NCBI GenBank assembly: GCA_947626895.1
Contig: CANQTY010000004.1
Location: 1-58,959, forward strand
DNA from: an uncultured Bacilli bacterium
GTDB taxonomy: Bacteria; Bacillota_I; Bacilli_A; RFN20; CAG-449
Direction of reading: 5' to 3'
Length of the DNA stretch: 58,959 bases
Shown here: positions 56,125 to 58,959 of the stretch, piece by piece
Layout of the letters: each line of letters starts with the position of its first letter
Position numbering within the stretch: the first letter of the stretch is position 1
Program-made: the position numbers and the translations under genes
The notes under the pieces: model-generated
What the model saw: the letters and a program-made list of their open reading frames with translations, nothing else
What the model was told of the DNA's origin: nothing
The model's database searches: none

Positions 56125-57699
56125 ATGAATAAATTTCTTAATCAATTTAAAAATGGTTTTATTTTAGGAATAGCAATTATCATTCCTGGTTTTTCAGGAA
56201 GCACAATTGCTTATATTTTAGGCTTTTATGAAGAATTATTGGAATCCATTGGCCATTTTTTTAAACATATAAAAAAATCCTTAAATTTATTAATCCCCTT
56301 ATTTTTAGGAATATTCGTTTCATGTATAAGCTTATTTATTCCCTTAATTTATTTGATGAATCATTACCCTTTTTCAGTATTATGTTTTTTTACTGGTTTA
56401 TTTATTGGTAGTTTACCTTCCTTCATTAAGCCTATCAATTTTCATCAAAAGCATTCTTTTATTTATGTTCTTTTGGGATTTTTATTTTCTTTCATCTTTT
56501 CAAACCTTAAAAACGTTATCAAAATATCTCTTTTTTTTGATACGTTTTCTTGGTTTATGCTCATTATATGGATTTTTGTGGGATTAATAATTGCGATAGG
56601 ATTATTAACTCCTGGATTATCATTAACTTTTTTACTTATGTCATTAAATTTTTATTATCCCTTATTAAATTTATGCTCATCTCTTTTAAAAGGAGATATT
56701 TCTTTTATAGTTATTGTTTCTTTAAGTGTCATTTTTATTTCATTTGTAATCTTTTTAATGAGTTATAGTCGGCTTTTAAATCTTCTTTTAAAACGACATA
56801 AAAATACACCCCATCTATTCATTTTGGGAATTATTTTTGCCACAATTATACAAACTTTTTTAAGTGAAGATTTTGCAATTAATAAGAGTTATCCTATAAC
56901 ATTTTTACAAATATGTTATACTTTCTTCTGGGGACTATCTTTATTCTTTTTTGGATTTTATTTGATAGTTACTCTAGAAAAAAGAAAAGAAAGAGGAAAG
57001 AAAATGAGGCTTGATCGATATTGTGCCACATCTGGAATAGGGACAAGAAGAAGTGTTAAAAAATATATTCGTCATGGCCATGTTAAAGTAAATGATGAAG
57101 TGATTAATGATCCTTCTTTTAATGTCGATGAAAATAACGATTTAGTCTACTTTGATGATGAATTATTACATTATCAGCAATATCATTATGTCCTTTTATA
57201 TAAACCAAAAGGCTATGTATCCTCGACAATTGAGGAGCGAGGACATCCTCCTGTCACAGACTTAGTTGCAGATTTAGGCTATAGAGACCTATCTTTAGTG
57301 GGTAGACTTGATATGGATACAACAGGTTTACTCCTATTAACTAATGATGGAAAACTAGCTCATCGCTTATTAGCCCCAAAATATCATGTTGATAAGACTT
57401 ATTTAGTGGAAACAGATTATCCAATTCCTCATGATTTACCCCAAAAATTTTTGAAGGGAGTACAAGTTTTAGATTATGTAACGGAGCCTGCAAAACTTGA
57501 ACTTTTAGGGGATACTAAAGCCTTAATTACAATTCATGAAGGAAAATATCATCAAATTAAACGTATGTTTTTAACCGCTGGATGTAAGGTGATTTCTTTA
57601 CATCGTTTATCTTTTGCTTTTTTAACTTTAGATGGTTTAAAAGAAGGAGAATATCGTCTTTTAAATGAAGATGAAATTGAAAGGTTAAGATCTTTATAG
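56125..57699 (+). CDS. In-frame fusion: DUF368 polytopic membrane domain + S4/RsuA-family pseudouridine synthase
   Basis: The DUF368 signature IIPGFSGSTIAYILGFYEEL and about 8 TM segments run to position 57003. Reading continues with no stop into MRLDRYCATSG (S4 domain) and GRLDMDTTGLLLLTNDG (RsuA catalytic Asp). The internal ATG 57004 is preceded by AGAGGAAAG. Confidence 0.75.
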   Translation: MNKFLNQFKNGFILGIAIIIPGFSGSTIAYILGFYEELLESIGHFFKHIKKSLNLLIPLFLGIFVSCISLFIPLIYLMNHYPFSVLCFFTGLFIGSLPSFIKPINFHQKHSFIYVLLGFLFSFIFSNLKNVIKISLFFDTFSWFMLIIWIFVGLIIAIGLLTPGLSLTFLLMSLNFYYPLLNLCSSLLKGDISFIVIVSLSVIFISFVIFLMSYSRLLNLLLKRHKNTPHLFILGIIFATIIQTFLSEDFAINKSYPITFLQICYTFFWGLSLFFFGFYLIVTLEKRKERGKKMRLDRYCATSGIGTRRSVKKYIRHGHVKVNDEVINDPSFNVDENNDLVYFDDELLHYQQYHYVLLYKPKGYVSSTIEERGHPPVTDLVADLGYRDLSLVGRLDMDTTGLLLLTNDGKLAHRLLAPKYHVDKTYLVETDYPIPHDLPQKFLKGVQVLDYVTEPAKLELLGDTKALITIHEGKYHQIKRMFLTAGCKVISLHRLSFAFLTLDGLKEGEYRLLNEDEIERLRSL

Positions 57700-57880
57700 C
57701 CCGTTTATTTATGTAATAAATAACCTTTGTAAGAGGTTTCACAACATTTACTGTTAATTATTAATCTAAGTGCAACAAATGTTAATGAAAAAAATTTTTT
57801 GCTGTTGCGAAACGAGTTAAAACCTCGTTTAATAAGGGTGTTCTTTTTCGAGAGGTAATTTACGAAAGGAGTAAAAAGTT

Positions 57881-58959
57881 ATGAAAAAAGTAACTAAAGG
57901 AAACACCAACGAAAAAGTATACGAACAATTGAGTTTAGTACAAAGAGCACAATTGCAAGCAAGTCTAAAAACACACAAATCATTAAGTTCAATAGCAAAA
58001 GAGATGGGTGTATCAAGACAAACTTTATATAGAGAGTTAATAAGAAATTCTTATCCTGTGAATCGAGATACCTGTGATACGAAATCCTCATGTTTAAACA
58101 TCCAAGAATGTAGTAGGGGAAGGACAAAACTCAAGTTATTTTGTCCCTATAATTGTGAAAAGTACAATCCTGGGAGACAAGCATGTTTAAGGAAATATCC
58201 ATTTGTGTGCAATAATTGTCCAAAGAAAGGAAGATGTACATATTTACATTACTATTACGACGCGATGAAAGCATCAAGTGAATATCATCAACGTATAGAA
58301 AATGCGAATAGTAAACCACGCGCGGACGAAAAGATGCTTAAAGCGATCAACAAGGTAGTATCACCCTTGATAAGGAAGGGACAATCTGTGGAAGCGATAC
58401 TAATGAATCATCCAGAGATTAAATTATCATCATCTACAATAAGGTATTGGATCAAGAAAGGGGCGTTAGATTGTCATTTATCTGATTTAAGGATGACAGG
58501 CAGAAGGCTACCGAAAAATCGCACATACGTGAAGCAAGAAGATGCAGAGGAGCATCGAAGATACGACTTTAAAGACGATCATAAATATCAAGATTATCTT
58601 TTGTATCATCAATATCATCAAAAAGCATTAATTGTAGAGCTTGATACGGTCATTGGATGCATTGATGGAGTGAAATCAGTACTAACGATTCATATTGTGC
58701 AATATCGTTTGCAATTTGGGATTTTATTAGAATCACATACGAAGAAAGAAGTATACGAGAAGCTAAGAGAATTTATTGATAAACTCAAAGCATACGATGA
58801 GATGTATGGCACAGTAATGTGTCAAAGTTTCTGCGAAATATTACTCACGGATAACGGGGTAGAATTTGACTCATTAATGGAGTTAGAGGACTACGAAGAA
58901 AACTGTCATGTATTCTATTGTAGGCCATATGCTTCATATCAAAAGGGAGCCTGTGAAAG
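57881..58959 (+). mobile_element. IS30-family transposase gene, 3' end beyond window (not in ORF track)
   Basis: ATG 57881 lies 9 nt after AAAGGAG, and the frame is open for 359 codons to the window edge. It has an N-terminal HTH (SLSSIAKEMGVSRQTLYREL) and a Cys-rich insert. DDE-region motifs are ELDTVIG, LTDNGVEF and CRPYASYQKGACE. Confidence 0.8.

Noticed and set aside
57894-58319. Two minus-strand ORFs (77 and 62 aa) listed in the track.
   Set aside because: They lie antisense inside the much longer IS30 transposase frame. They have no SD and low-complexity composition.

Overview
This is a low-GC Bacillota chromosome segment. It uses the standard genetic code, because TGA is a stop and prfB carries a UGA frameshift site. 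It probably comes from a spore-forming anaerobe (spoIIE, yabP and yabQ for sporulation; desulfoferrodoxin for anaerobiosis). An Erysipelotrichales-like origin is only a guess.

Most of the window is conserved housekeeping synteny on the minus strand:
- pth-mfd-yabO-yabP-yabQ-divIC-spoIIE-tilS-ftsH-dusB
- lysS
- comFA-comFC-csp
- secA-prfB-yitT-uvrB
- two paralogous heterodimeric ABC exporter pairs

Accessory or unusual content:
1. A tightly coupled four-gene operon at 17.2-21.6 kb. It encodes an N-terminally truncated ClpP-like protease, a Sel1-like/pseudo-AAA+ protein, a soluble VirD4/TraG-type coupling-protein ATPase, and an FtsK-gamma-like wHTH/acidic protein. A strong promoter and a roughly 430-nt structured leader precede it. 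No conjugation or phage genes are nearby. This is my best candidate for an undescribed system.
2. A 7.2-kb island inserted between lysS and dusB. It carries an atypical 1759-aa RHS/YD-repeat protein with a novel Gly-rich beta-repeat C-terminal domain and a zinc-ribbon putative immunity gene.
3. A sigma factor translationally coupled to a membrane-anchored serpin, followed by tandem Spo0A boxes and a ClpA-like ATPase without an M-domain.
4. A near-perfect CIRCE operator on the ftsH promoter.
5. An in-frame DUF368-RsuA fusion.
6. An ogt gene interrupted by an in-frame TGA.
7. An IS30-family transposase that runs off the right edge and is absent from the ORF track.

I found no rRNA, tRNA or CRISPR array.
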